The notes below the pieces were generated by a model. It saw only the letters and a list, made by a program, of their open reading frames with translations. It ran no database searches and was not told the origin of the DNA. Shown here piece after piece: positions 35,417-53,760 of a stretch of DNA of 64,000 bases. A program made the position numbers and the translations under genes. Position 1 is the stretch's first letter; each line of letters opens with the position of its first letter. The DNA is from Macrostomum hystrix (lineage: Eukaryota > Animalia > Platyhelminthes): positions 6,882,001 through 6,946,000 of the forward strand of contig CATNEN010000001.1 of the NCBI GenBank assembly GCA_950097015.1. Direction: 5' to 3'.

Positions 35417-35990
35417 AAAGAAAAGAATTAAGACAAAAATTAGCGATAGAAAAAATACAGCAAATCAAGCTTTAATTATTTGCAAATACCATAATTTTCA
35501 TACTAAACTTTGCTTTGCTTTTCTTTATTGCTTTAACAAATACTTTTATATTTTGTTATAACTGGTAAAACGCTTTGTCGCTCATTTTAAGATTTTGCGA
35601 AAACTTGATGGATAGCTCAAGACGTTAAGATATATAAATGCTTTATGCACCTGTTGTCTTTACTTCAGACTTGTGGATTGTTATCCTAAGGAAAGACTAA
35701 TTAAGTCTATAAGTTTTTATCCAAAATCCATGACGCACTTAGTACTGTCTAGAATTAGTGTTTGATTTGATTTTAAGAACCCTATCGGCTTTTTTAGTTG
35801 TGTCAAGTTACTCAATCTTGTTATATATTATACACTTAAAAGTAACAAGAAGGACAAAGAGTGTATATACGGAAGTTCTGCATGCTAAATTCAGTTTATA
35901 TTTTACAGATAATATAATATAGACTTATAATCCTCTTTTTTGTTTGGTAGCTAGCTACTGAGAAGTATCTATATAGAATTAGTTCTAAAG

Positions 35991-41164
<5,174 letters not shown>

Positions 41165-41309
41165 TTGTATGCTCCGGCGAGGCGTGGCCCTGACTGAGAT
41201 TGCCTGCCTGACTGCTACTTTTGACTATCGCAGCACGCTCTGTTGTCCTTTTGTTTAGTGTTTATTATGATAAAAGTTTGTAGACCATTTTTCACTTCTG
41301 TTTTATTAT

Positions 41310-41925
41310 CTACTGTCTGCTCCTTACCGTCTACCCTCTTCTATCTACTGTCTACTTTCTACTCCACACTACCTACTCTCTACTCCTCACTACCTACTCT
41401 CTACTCCTCACTACCTACTCTCTACTCTACACTACCTACTCTCTACTCCTCACTACCTACTCTCTACTCCTCACTACCTACTCTCTACTCTACACTACCT
41501 ACTCTCTACTCCTCACTACCTACTCTCTACTCCTCACTACCTACTCTCTACTCCTCACTACCTACTCTCTACTCCTCACTACCTACTCTCTACTCCTCAC
41601 TACCTACTCTCTACTCCACACTACCCACTCTCTACTCCACACTACCTACTCTCTACTCCACACTACCTACTCTCTACTCCACACTACCTACTCTCTACTC
41701 TACACTACATACCCTCTACTATTAACTGTCTACCACTATCTAGTGTCTTCTCTCTACCCTGTACCCTTTAGTCCATACTGCCTACCCTTTAGTCCATACT
41801 GCCTACCCTTTAGTCCATACTGCCTACCCTCTACTGTCTACTGTCTACTCCCTCCTACATACTGTCTACCCTCTAATATCCACTGCCCACCCTTAACCAT
41901 CTATTATCTACTGTCTACCCACTGC
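41310..41925. repeat. Pyrimidine-rich 21-bp minisatellites downstream of the MAPKAPK stop
   Basis: (CTACTCTCTACTCCTCACTAC) about 18 times, then (CCCTTTAGTCCATACTGCCTA) 3 times. Confidence 0.92.
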
Positions 41926-43670
41926 GCTTTAGTGTGCACTCTCTACACACTATTCTCAATATTTTTATTTCTTATCGCTACTAAATTAGTGGTAATATTG
42001 TCACGATTTTAATTCCATTATTAAATAATTTGGGCACCCTGTAGGTTAGCGAAAGCACATATTTATTTTCTGACTGTTAACTCATTTTGTCAGTCTTTTG
42101 ATATGATAATGTGTCCAATCCAAATCCAGCTTTCAATATTATTGATTTATTCTAATGTTAAGTTAAAAATGTGAAAATTTGCCATATTTTTGTTAACAGG
42201 AGTAAAATATTTTCTGTTTGGATAGATTATCATTCTTTCGGTCCTGATTATATTGTTTTGTAATTTAGATTTAGATTTACGAGCGTAGATTGGCCAAATT
42301 ACTATTTAGTGACTAATTCTCTACTCTGCGAAGGCAACAAATAGTTTAAAAGCCTATCCGGATCTTGTAATACATTATCTGCAGCCTGCACTATATAGAT
42401 AAGAAATTAGTTTTCTCTCGCATCATAGTCGCATTGTAGGCAAATGTAAACCATTATACAGTAGCTTACAGATTACGTGTGTTAACAATATAAATTACAA
42501 ATAACATTAAAATAAGTATAAGTAAGTAAAATAAGTAATAAGTAAAATAAGTAAGGCACTACATATATTATAACTAGGTATTCATACGAGCGAATGTCTT
42601 TAGCAAAAATTAAGTTAAATCTATTTTTATAGACTAACTAAGAAGCTTTTATAATTTAATGGCTTACGCTTTTTATTTGTTCCTCTTCGTTAAAATATAT
42701 TATTTTTCTTTGATCATTTATATGCACAGATTCTTCTATTCAGCCAAGGCCTGTTACCGTGCTAAACAAAAACTAACGGTTATAATTTTATAGAGGATCG
42801 GATAGTTTTATTAAAATGTCTAGAAGCTAGAATCTTCTAAACTTCACCTGTAGTGAAAATTTGTCTATAGTGCCTCCATTTAATCGTCTTTGCCTTGTTT
42901 AGTGCTCTTGGACTCGTGGAATTTTTTTGTGAGGATTTCTAATATTCATAAGCTGGAAGTTTTTATAATATAAATACACATTTTGCTGCGTTTAATATAG
43001 TGTGTGAATAGCTCTCTACGATTTATCTTATCTTAATATGAAAGCTGCATAAAAAAATGTAATTGTCAGTTTTTTGCACAACTGTATGGCTTTTCATCAG
43101 TTTATCAGATAGCATGATAATCAGACTAAAACCTGAAAGTAATATTAGACCAACTGTTGGGTCAGCAAACATTCTTTAGAAACGTTACGCTAAGTATTAT
43201 CAATACAAATCTTTACGCGTCGATTTTCAAAGCACTTATGTCCAGCACACAATATAGTGATCCTGCCTGCGTAAGGCAAATGTAATAAAAGCAATGCGCA
43301 AGAGAGCAAGCTGTATAATGAAAATAGCTGGTTGCCAGCTACTTCTGTAAGTTCAGTGCCTATATAACAAATAAATCTGAATAGCTGGAGTCGACGTTAA
43401 GAGCTTTTCGCGTATTTAAACAACAACGTCTTGTGTAAATAGCTGCACAATAATTACTAGAAATTGAAATTCTTTATAAACACAATAAATTTAGTGAAAT
43501 TCTCGACAATAAAAAGATATAATGTTCATGCTTTGTTACTTTTTAAAATCCATATTATTATGCTAATTATTTAAATTTTGCTTAACGTCTCTTTCAAACT
43601 TATTTTCTATTGTTTTTGGATTTCCGGGCCCATTTGTGTCACTAAACAATATTGTTTGAAATAAGCTTAA

Positions 43671-46600
43671 ATGAATTCCTTTATCGCTTTAACTGAAGCG
43701 GCGCAGGTAAGTAAAGTTTTCCCATAACCTAGTGTTAAGTGCTATTGTTGTATGTTAATGTAGTAAATTGTTTTATTTTTGTATTTTTTGCGTTTAAAAG
43801 TCTGATCATTTTCTGTATAATATTAGTGATGCACCATAAAATTTCAATTTTTTATCTAAATATTATATTTCATGTGTACGTTTTTATCAGTTGTTATTAT
43901 GATAGTCACACTTGTCCCTATATTATTTAGATATCAGATTTTGTCTAATTGGTTCCTTCCATACCTGCAATGGCCAATGCTTATATTTTCTAAATGACAA
44001 ATCTTTTGGATAGATCTTACTGGAATAACACCACTACTCTAGGTTGCATGTTAGTGTCCCAAGTTATGAATGTGACTATATGTGCAATGCACTACACCAA
44101 GAGGTTAGCTAGGTATTTACATAGCAATAAAATGTGTCTTTTGCTACAATAAAGTCAAAAGTGCCTAATAAACAGTAAATGCACAGTAAAGTTCTGTGTT
44201 AATTTTAAGCATATTTTTCTTGACCATTTTTTGTAGCATTCAATCAGTTTTTCTAAGCCAGCTTTCCAGAAAATGGCATGAAAGTGATTCAAGGATTTGT
44301 TGACTGTATGAATAACCTCATCTTGATTTGCAAAGATCTTGCCACATATTGGCATCTTCATTAGACCAAATAAGTGAAAGTTTGTGATTGCAAGGTCAGG
44401 ACTCTAGGCAGGGTGGTGCAAGCTCTTCCACCTTGGCTTGCTTCTATGTGGCTGCAAGAGGTTAGGCATTGTCCCAAAGGCTGAAGGTCTTTTTTGCATT
44501 GTTCCATTGTGATTAGCAGCTCCTCAAATTTTCTGTCACAAAATGTCATTCCACAGCACCCAGTTCTCCAGTGAGTAATGTGCACTAGCTTTCTTGTGTT
44601 GCGCTGTTAGCACATGTGGAACCAACTTCGCGCAGATGTTTAAGTATCCTTGATGTTACAGAAAGTGGGACACAGACAAATGTGGATACCACACATGCTT
44701 TCCATTTCACATACACTGGTAGAGGGATTATCTTTCAAATAATAAAGGGCAGCAGTTGCTTGGTCTTGGCCTGTGCTTGAGTGTAGGTGGCCAGATCAAG
44801 GGAAATCAGCAACATTGGTGGCACCATCAGCAACAAGTCAGATGCTCAAACACTCGTGTGCAACCAAGAGCATGAAGACCAAATGAAAGGAGCACCTTAT
44901 CAAAGGTCTGCCTTGCTGTATTACCCTCTCATTGACATGCCATGATAAAATGGTGCTGACTCTCCTTAGACCCTTAAAATTTGGCAAGGCATTTGCAGTT
45001 GTCCTGTACACTTATTTTATGCTTGCTCACAAAGACACTAACAAAGAGTGCCATCTGGGCAACAGTGACTGCCTGCACAAGCATCCTGCACCAGCTGGTC
45101 CCATTCTGCTTCAACAAGCCAGCCTTCTAGAAGCTGCATGCCACAAAACTCACCACCAGGCAAGATATTGTCAGCACAGGCATCATAGCTAGGATATTCT
45201 GACCAAATAAAAAATCGCACTATATAGTATTTAGGAATGGGATGCAATTCCGTTATATTAAACCACAGTATGCTGAATGCTGTAAGCATGAGGAACAAAA
45301 TGGCCGCCAAACAAGTCTAAATCAAATGTACAAAAGCAAAAACAGACAAAACTGAAAGCAAACTATATCTTATAAGTTTATCAAATATACAAAATTAGAA
45401 AAATGTTTAAATTTTCAAATATATTTACTTTTATTTAAAATAAAACTACTTGCCAATAACATTTGCTCAGGTAGCCGAGTTGAGCAAGTTCTTAAAGAAT
45501 GCCGGCTGGTCGGACAGTTCCACTGTGGACTCATCGGCTCCATGGCCGGAGCAGCTAGTCAAAGTCCTGCCTGGATTATCTGTCCTGTCCCAGCGGTCGA
45601 TGCAGCCAGCTGACATTGAATCCGTGCTAAACGGCATCGTCTCTCTAATTGTTGAAATGCCGCCAGCTGCGATGCCCGCAGCTGTAGAATCTTTCTGTCG
45701 CGCTGTCTGCTCCCTAAATCTGAGCCTAAAGCAGGCGACGGACGATGCTAAGCAGCAGCAGCAGCAGCAGCAGCCGGCAGTTCTTCCATCGGCCAGAGAG
45801 GCGATCGCCGCTTGCAAAGTGGCGCCGTTGCAGAATCTATTCCGCCTATTGCCAGAGAGTTCCAGCCTGCGCTACCATGTCTACCTGGCGCTGGTTGAAG
45901 CCGCATCCGAGGAGCGTCGCATGGCCCAGGTGGTCACCGATAGGATTCAGCTCAGGGGCTGGATGAACGACTGGCAGTGCAACCAGGAGGATCGCAAAGT
46001 GAATTTTTATACATTTTTTCTTCTGTTAATGCGATTCAGACAGGACGAGAATTGATTTTGTTTAGAATCGAACTCCCGACCTCTTGGTTAGAATTTTGAA
46101 GCTCTAACCACTGGGCTGCAGACTTCCTTGGAAATGTATGGCATTGTAAAATCGTAGGTTTGAGTTTTTGGACTGAACTGATGTGCGTCTGTAGACCAGT
46201 TGAGCACGCTGTACAACAACTGGTCTAAACTAGGTGTGGTTAAATTCTCAATTCACACTCTTAAGTATGAGCGTACTTGTCTCTACTAAGTATTTATTAC
46301 TTAATACTACGCCCGTGTATTTAAAATAACCTAGCCAAGGGTTGTAGCCTGGTGGTTAGAGCGTCGGACTTACGACTTCATGGTTCCCGATGGTTCGATT
46401 CCCGACTCCACTGGAACAAATTAAGTTTTTTGCAAGACTGGGTAATGTATGTGTACGAATGGGTAACAACATCATCTGGTGAATGGGGCGGGTGGCATAG
46501 TGGTTAGCGCGTTTGCCTCGAGCACCAAGGTCCTGATCTCGATTCCGCGGCGAGGCCACATTAATTTAGGGCGATGGCTCGGGGGCTTGTCGTGTAATTC

Positions 46601-48706
46601 ACGCGCTTGAGGGCCGACCTCCAAGGCACAGTGAAAGTGTACACACCCGTGTGAGTATGTGCCTGCGTACGGTATCTGTGTGCGTTTGTGCTCAGGAGTC
46701 AGCGAAATGGGCAGAATTGCCTCCTCGCTGGCTGCGGGTCTAGTGTCACTAAATGATGTGCCACTGCCTGCAGCCCTCCTGCAATTATTGTTACTATCAT
46801 CAGTAGGGAAAATTGTAGATGTGGCGTCCTCCCCAGTCCATGGACTGAACAGGAGTTCGCAGCCTTTCATTCTTATCCTACCCGATACAGGCCCTGTGGC
46901 GCCGGCTGCACACGGCCCTTACACGCAGCGGCGATCAGTCCAGCGCCAATGTCTGCCTAATAGAACTGATGGACTCCTACACTGAGGCGGACGCATCCAA
47001 GGCCAGAGAGGATGCCATCCTGTGCATTGTGGCCACACTATCAGACGATTCCGTCTACATTATGGACCATCTGCTCAGCCTGAAGCCAATACAATTCCTT
47101 GAGGGCGAGCTCATACACGACCTTCTACTGATCTTTGTCAGTGGGAGCCTATCTGACTATCTGACCTTCGCCGACAAGAATGCTGAATTCGTCCGCGGCC
47201 TGAACATCTGCACAGAGTCTTGCATGAACAAGCTGCGCCTGTTAACTCTGATGCGATTGGCTGAGAATAAACAGGAATTGGACTATAGCCTACTGCAGGA
47301 AGAGCTCAAGATGGAGTCTGACGATCTGGAAGAGTTCATCATTGATGGTTAGTCATTCACCACCTTCGTTGGTCATTACCCCCTCGCATTGATGCTTAAG
47401 TTGGTTATTAACCCTTTTCATTTATGCTTATGTTGGTCATTACCCTTCGTCATTAATGCTTAGGTTGGTCATTAACCTAGATCTTAGATGCTTAGGTTGG
47501 TCATTAACCTAGATCTTAGATGCTTAGATTGGTCATTAACCTAGATCTTAGATGCTTAGGTTGGTCATTAACCTAGATCTTAGATGCTTAGATTGGTCAT
47601 TAACCTAGATCTTAGATGCTTAGATTGGTCATTAACCTAGATCTTAGATGCCTAGATTGGTCATTAACCTAGATCTTAGATGCTTAGGTTGGTCATTAAC
47701 CTAGATCTTAGATGCTTAGGTTGGTCATTAACCTAGATCTTAGATGCTTAGGTTGGTCATTAACCTAGATCTTAGATGCCTAGATTGGTCATTAACCTAG
47801 ATCTTAGATGCTTAGGTTGGTCATTAACCTAGATCTTAGATGCTTAGGTTGGTCATTAACCTAGATCTTAGATGCTTAGATTGGTCATTAACCTAGATCT
47901 TAGATGCTTAGGTTGGTCATTAACCTAGATCTTAGATGCTTAGGTTGGTCATTAACCTAGATCTTAGATGCTTAGATTGGTCATTAACCTAGATCTTAGA
48001 TGCTTAGGTTGGTCATTAACCTAGATCTTAGATGCTTAGATTGGTCATTAACCTAGATCTTAGATGCCTAGATTGGTCATTAACCTAGATCTTAGATGCC
48101 TAGATTGGTCATTAACCTAGATCTTAGATGCTTAGATTGGTCATTAACCTAGATCTTAGATGCTTAGGTTGGTCATTAACCTAGATCTTAGATGCTTAGA
48201 TTGGTCATTAACCTAGGTCTTAGATGCCTTGATTGGTCATTAACCTAGATCTTAGATGCTTAGATTGGTCATTAACCTAGATCTTAGATGCTTAGGTTGG
48301 TCATTAACCTAGATCTTAGATGCTTAGATTGGTCATTAACCTAGATTTTAGATGCTTTGTCTGATCATCTCGCTCTTTGACTTAAATATTGCATTGACCA
48401 CAGAGCATTTTTTATGCCATACTCGTATTTGTTTTAACAGCCTCTCGCAAGGAGGCAGTCTTCTGCAAGATCAATGAAGTCCAGCGCAAGGTCCTTGTCT
48501 ATGGCACAACTCATCGCACCTTCGGCCGAGCCCAATGGACCTCGTTGCGCAAGACTCTGCAACAGTGGCACGACAATCTGCAAGAGGTGCAGACTAGACT
48601 GCAGGTTCTGGCTCCGGGCGAACTGCCCGAGACTGCTCCGACCATTGCCGCCGCTTCGGCTAGCAGCGCTGCCAACACTGCCCAGCAATCCACCGTCAGC
48701 TCCTAG
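43671..48706 (+). CDS. EIF3M: Eukaryotic translation initiation factor 3 subunit M (PCI domain), 4 exons
   Basis: Exons 43671-43706, 45471-45998, 46891-47347 and 48441-48706. MNSFIALTEAAQ|VAEL..., ELMDSYTEADASKAREDA, DHLLSLKPIQFLEGELIHDLL, KLRLLTLM, HRTFGRAQW. AATAAA at ~48820. Confidence 0.93.
44150..45300 (-). mobile_element. Highly decayed mariner transposase remnant in EIF3M intron 1
   Basis: LHHPA*SPDLAITNFHLFG (YSPDLAP motif) and GKIFANQDEV...FWKAGLEKLI..YKK; boundaries approximate. Confidence 0.75.
46063..46122 (-). mobile_element. tRNA-like SINE head fragment
   Basis: - strand GCAGCCCAGTGGTTAGAGC...GGGAGTTCGATTC (A and B boxes). Confidence 0.55.
46338..46870 (+). mobile_element. SINE family B interrupted by a full-length SINE family A (46485-46797)
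   Basis: B head TAGCCTGGTGGTTAGAGCG...GGTTCGATTCCCGACTCCACTGGAAC. A head GGGTGGCATAGTGGTTAGCGCG...CTCGATTCCGCGGCGAGG. B tail CAGTCCATGGACTGAACAG resumes after the A tail. Confidence 0.8.
47395..48356. repeat. 32-bp intronic minisatellite (TTGGTCATTAACCTAGATCTTAGATGCTTAG[G/A])
   Basis: About 28 units in EIF3M intron 3; degenerate units extend back to the donor at 47348. Confidence 0.96.
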
Positions 48707-48892
48707 ATAGTCTCTGATTTTAGTCTCTGAACTCTATTTCACTGTTAGAATCCAATTAGTGATGTTTTGTGCTGCGCCTAAATGAAAAAATCATTTAGTT
48801 AACAGTTATTCAGATGAGAAATAAAAGTTCATGAAAATTAAGACTTACTTTCTAAAAACTTCAGGAAGAAGTTTAAAACTTCATGGTCATTC

Positions 48893-49572
48893 CTGAAACT
48901 TCTAGGAACTTTCTGAAACTTCAGGGATCTTTCCGAAACTTCGGGGATCTGTCTGAAACTTCAGGAATCTACCTGAAACTTCAGGAATCTTTCTGAAACT
49001 TCAGGAATCTTTCTGTAACTTCAGGAATCTATCTGAAGCTTCAGGGGTCTATCTAAAACTTCAGGAATCTTTCTGAAACTTCAGGGATCTTTCTGAAACT
49101 TCAGGAATCTATCTGAAACATCTTTCTAAAACTTCAGGAATCTATCTGAAACTTCAGGAATCTTTTTGAAACTTCAGGAATCTTTCTGAAACTTCAGGAA
49201 TCTTTCTGAAACTTCAGGAATCTTTCTAAATCTTCAGGAATCTATCTGAAACTTCAGGAATCTTTCTGAAACTTCAGGAATCTTTCTGAAACTTCAGGAA
49301 TCTATCTGAAGCTTCAGGGGTCTTTCTGAAACTTCAGGAATCTTTCTGAAACTTCAGGGATCTTTCTGAAACTTCGGGGATCTTTCTGAAACTTCAGGGA
49401 TCTATCTGAAGCTTCAGGGGTCTATCTGAAACTTCAGGACTCTTTCTGAAACTTCAGGGATCTTTCCGAAACTTCCGGGATCTTTCTGAAACTTCAGGAA
49501 TCTTTCTGAAACTTCAGGGATCTTTCTGAAACTTCAGGGATCTTTCCGAAACTTCGGGGATCTTTCTGAAAC
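48893..49572. repeat. 20-bp minisatellite (TCTGAAACTTCAGGAATCTT) made of alternating nGAAn/nTTCn pentamers
   Basis: About 34 units; about 13 carry a perfect GAAnnTTCnnGAA. Confidence 0.93.
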
Positions 49573-50274
49573 CATAGGAATATTTATAATCTTTTTGAAA
49601 CCTGAAACAATTTAGCAAGTTTAAGAACTGCTCTTTGTTCCTTGAGTTAGTCTAATTTCATTGTTGTGGTGTCTTTGTTTGTAAGTCCACTTATAAACTG
49701 GGAAGTGGAAATAATCCATCTACCCCACTTCATTTCCGAAATATACGTGTCTGAAGATTTAGAATTTAAGGCCTAATTTTGTTTTCATTCGTTCTTTACA
49801 AGACTAACAATGATAATATGATTATTATAATTAATAATATGCTTCCTTCGTTCGAATGTGGGTCACCATAGAGTGTCAGCTATTTCGTTATGAACGCTTG
49901 AGACACAAAGAAAGACTTATTATAAAATCCTAACCATTTATTAAGTACCGTTATATGCTTATTTAACATGGCATTATTATAATCATCAGTTGTCATGCTC
50001 GATTGAAACATTTATTTTGTGTTAACTACTTATATTTTTGTGAGATTTTAAATTAACTTGAACTGGTTTGGAGTGCTTTGAAGTGTTTGTTTATTTGTTT
50101 AAATTGGCTAAAGAGTTGTCAATGTGAATTAAACAATAACTATTAAATGAACGGCAACTAAAAACTGTTTGCCATAGAGACAGTTGCTCTCTGTGTACTG
50201 ATGGACAAAAACATTCTCTTTATTGTCATTTATTATTGACATTTAATAACTTTTATCCCTTTATTATAAGTGGC

Positions 50275-50740
50275 TAGAACTTCGGACTTCTAAAAACTTC
50301 AGGACTCAGTTAGGAACTTCAGTTATCTGATTGAAACTTCAGGAATCTGATTTAAACTTCAGGAATCTGATTTAAACTTCAGGAATCTGATAGAAACTTC
50401 AGGATTCTGATTGAAACTTCAGGATTCTGATTGAAACTTCAGGACTCAGTTAGGAACTTCAGTAATCTGATTGAAACTTCAGAAATCTGATTGAAACTTC
50501 AGGAATCTGATTTAAACTTCAGGACTCAGTTAGGAACTTCAGAAATCAGATTTAAACTTCAGGAATCTGATAGAAACTTCAGGATTCTAATTGAAACTTC
50601 AGGATTCTGATTGAAACAGGACTCAGGACTCAGTTAGGAACTTCAGGAATCATTTTCAAAGCTTCTATAATCTTTCTGAAACTTCAGGGGTCTTTCTGAA
50701 ACTCTAGGGATCTTTTTAAAACTTTAGGAATCTATTTAAA
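50275..50740. repeat. Related 20-bp minisatellite (AAACTTCAGGAATCTGATTG)
   Basis: About 20 units sharing AAACTTCAGG with the 48893 array. Confidence 0.9.
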
Positions 50741-50785
50741 ACCTCTTTCTACATAATCCGATTTGATTAACATTTCAGTGGCATC

Positions 50786-51325
50786 ATGACATCAACAGAC
50801 AACAACAACACATCCAACTTGACTGCCGACGAAGCCTCTTTGGTTGCAGCCTCCGGGCACGAGGAGGCCCTTCGCCGCAAGGCTCGCCTACAGAAGCTTC
50901 GCCAACGCCAATTGAATCCTGAGTCCTCCACACCGGATGACGATCAATCAGTTACCGGCCTTCCGCCTGCCCTGCTGCCAGTGTTTCGCAACTACAAGCC
51001 CGACACCGAGCAGCTCGCCGCCGGTCACCTGCCGGCGCCAAATCTGGTGGATGTCGAATCTAGACTCGGCGATCAATTGAAAGCCGCCGAGCCTAAGCCG
51101 CTGCTGACTGCGGACTCGGACATCACAGCTATCGCGCCTAAGAAACCCGACTGGGATTTGAAACGCGGCGCCGAGAAACGACTAGCCAAATTGGAGCGAC
51201 GTACTCAACGAGTCATCGCTGAATTACTGCGCGAAAGATTGTCCAAGCAGAGCGACCCGGAGAGTCTCATGCAGGCCGTCAACGCTGCCGCTGAACAGCC
51301 CGGCAGCTGGCGACCCGCTAACTGA
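50786..51325 (+). CDS. CCDC12: Coiled-coil domain-containing protein 12 / Cwf18 splicing factor
   Basis: EALRRKARLQKLR, FRNYKP and IAPKKPDWDLKR...KRLAKLERRTQRVIAELLRERL are hallmark Cwf18 motifs. TTTCAG acceptor 7 nt before the ATG. Confidence 0.92.
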   Translation: MTSTDNNNTSNLTADEASLVAASGHEEALRRKARLQKLRQRQLNPESSTPDDDQSVTGLPPALLPVFRNYKPDTEQLAAGHLPAPNLVDVESRLGDQLKAAEPKPLLTADSDITAIAPKKPDWDLKRGAEKRLAKLERRTQRVIAELLRERLSKQSDPESLMQAVNAAAEQPGSWRPAN

Positions 51326-51384
51326 CGAGACTGATTGTTTGGGATTGCGGAATCTTGGGTATACTGTTCCTAGATATTAGGTCG

Positions 51385-52010
51385 GATTTCTCCTTGGGAT
51401 TTTCGTCTAATGGGGTGAGGTCTCTCCTTGAGATTATCGTCTAATGGGTGAGATCTCTCCTTGAGGTTGTCGGCTGATGGGGTGAGATCTCTCCTTGAGA
51501 TTATCGTCTAATGGGTGAGATCTCTCCTTGAGATTATCGTCTAATGGGGTGAGGTGTCTCCTTGAGATTATCGTCTAATGGGTGAGATCTCTCCTTGAGA
51601 TTATCGTCTAATGGGGTGAGGTGTCTCCTTGAGGTTATCGTCTAATGGGTGAGATCTCTCCTTGAGGTTATCGTCTAATGGGTGAGATCTCTCCTTGAGG
51701 TTATCGTCTAATGGTTGAGATCTCTCCTTGAGGTTATCGTCTAATGAGTGAGATCTCTCCTTGAGGTTATCGTCTAATGGGTGAGGTCTCTCCTTGAGGT
51801 TATCGTCTAATGAGTGAGATCTCTCCTTGAGATTATCGTCTAATGGGTGAGATCTCTCCTTGAGATTATCGTCTAATGAGTGAGATCTCTCCTTGGGATT
51901 ATCGGCTAATGAGTGAGATCTCTCCTTGAGATTATCGTCCAATGGATGAGATTTCTTATTGAGGTCATCATTTAATAGGGTGAGAGTTCTCCTTGAGATT
52001 ATTTATTAAT
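51385..52010. repeat. 33-bp minisatellite (TCTAATGGGTGAGATCTCTCCTTGAGATTATCG) just 3' of CCDC12
   Basis: About 17 units; explains ORF 51601..51942. Confidence 0.93.
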
Positions 52011-52554
52011 GGGTTCTCTATTAAGTGGTTGAGATTTCTCACTGAGACTCTCATTCGACTGGTCTTAAGAATTTTCACAATTTTTCTTTTTCTTAGTAGG
52101 CTGGGTGTTTTTACTAGTAAACTTGTAATTTTCTGGCAAAATAGAGATTGAAAGTGCATTGCATTTTTTGTTTTACTTTTCGAGTACATGTGTTTGCCTG
52201 TTCAGCTCTTACTAGTATTTGTCGTCTGTATTGTAAGGCTCGTTAGTTCGGTGTCAAACTTGCAAATCCCTTTCAATGACTATTTGAATATATATTCTAC
52301 TCGTACTTACTGGAATTAGCCTGTGTAAATAAATCTGCGACTCAATATTATACTCACAGTTAATCTCAAATCTAGAATGTATATTTCGAATCGAATTTAA
52401 GACCTTCAACATTTATTTTTTAAAATACGAACCTACATTCTACTACAAGTAGTCACAACGAGCGTCAACGGTAAAAAACTCAGCAGAAAACAATATAAAA
52501 ATCGTATCTCTTATCTGCTACATCTAATGGATGGGATCCATGACTGACCGGTAA

Positions 52555-53760
52555 AATCATATTTAACTGTTGAAATCCATGCCTTAACCGGTGAGATCCA
52601 TGCCTTAACTGTTGAGATCCATGTCTTAACCAGTGAGATCCATGCCTTAACCAGTGAGATCCATGTCTTAACCGGTGAGATCCATGCCTTAACTATTGAG
52701 ATCCATGCCTTAACCGGTGAGATCCATGCCTTAACTGTTGAGATCCATGTCTTAACCAGTGAGATCCATGCCTTAACCAGTGAGATCCATGCCTTAACCG
52801 GTGAGATCCATGTCTTAACCGGTGAGATCCATGCCTTAACTATTGAGATCCATGCCTTAACTATTGAGATCCATGCCTTAACCGGTGAGATCCATGCCTT
52901 AACCGGTGAGATCCATGCCTTAACCAGTGAGATCCATGCCTTAACCGGTGAGATCCATGTCTTAACCAGTGAGATCCATGCCTTAACCAGTGAGATCCAT
53001 GCCTTAACCGGTGAGATCCATGTCTTAACCGGTGAGATCCATGCCTTAACTATTGAGATCCATGCCTTAACTATTGAGATCCATGCCTTAACTATTGAGA
53101 TCCATGCCTTAACCGGTGAGATCCATGCCTTAACCGGTGAGATCCATGCCTTAACCAGTGAGATCCATGCCTTAACCGGTGAGATCCATGTCTTAACCAG
53201 TGAGATCCATGCCTTAACCAGTGAGATCCATGCCTTAACCAGTGAGATCCATGCCTTAACCAGTGAGATCCATGCCTTAACTATTGAGATCCATGCCTTA
53301 ACCAGTGAGATCCATGCCTTAACCGGTGAGATCCATGTCTTAACCAGTGAGATCCATGCCTTAACCAGTGAGATCCATGCCTTAACCGGTGAGATCCATG
53401 TCTTAACCGGTGAGATCCATGCCTTAACTATTGAGATCCATGCCTTAACTATTGAGATCCATGCCTTAACTATTGAGATCCATGCCTTAACCGGTGAGAT
53501 CCATGCCTTAACCGGTGAGATCCATGCCTTAACCGGTGAGATCCATGCCTTAACCGGTGAGATCCATGCCTTAACCAGTGAGATCCATGCCTTAACCGGT
53601 GAGATCCATGTCTTAACCAGTGAGATCCATGCCTTAACCAGTGAGATCCATGCCTTAACCAGTGAGATCCATGCCTTAACCAGTGAGATCCATGCCTTAA
53701 CCAGTGAGATCCATGCCTTAACCAGTGAGATCCATGCCTTAACCAGTGAGATCCATGTAG
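52555..53760. repeat. 21-bp minisatellite (GAGATCCATGCCTTAACCGGT)
   Basis: About 57 units with higher-order variant blocks. Confidence 0.96.

Noticed and set aside
45752-45773. (CAG)7 polyQ tract in EIF3M
   Set aside because: Real, but an ordinary short loop insertion.
46338-46560. tRNA genes (also at 57921, 58085, 54490, 60150)
   Set aside because: A/B boxes are present but acceptor stems are incomplete, and each continues into a shared SINE body.
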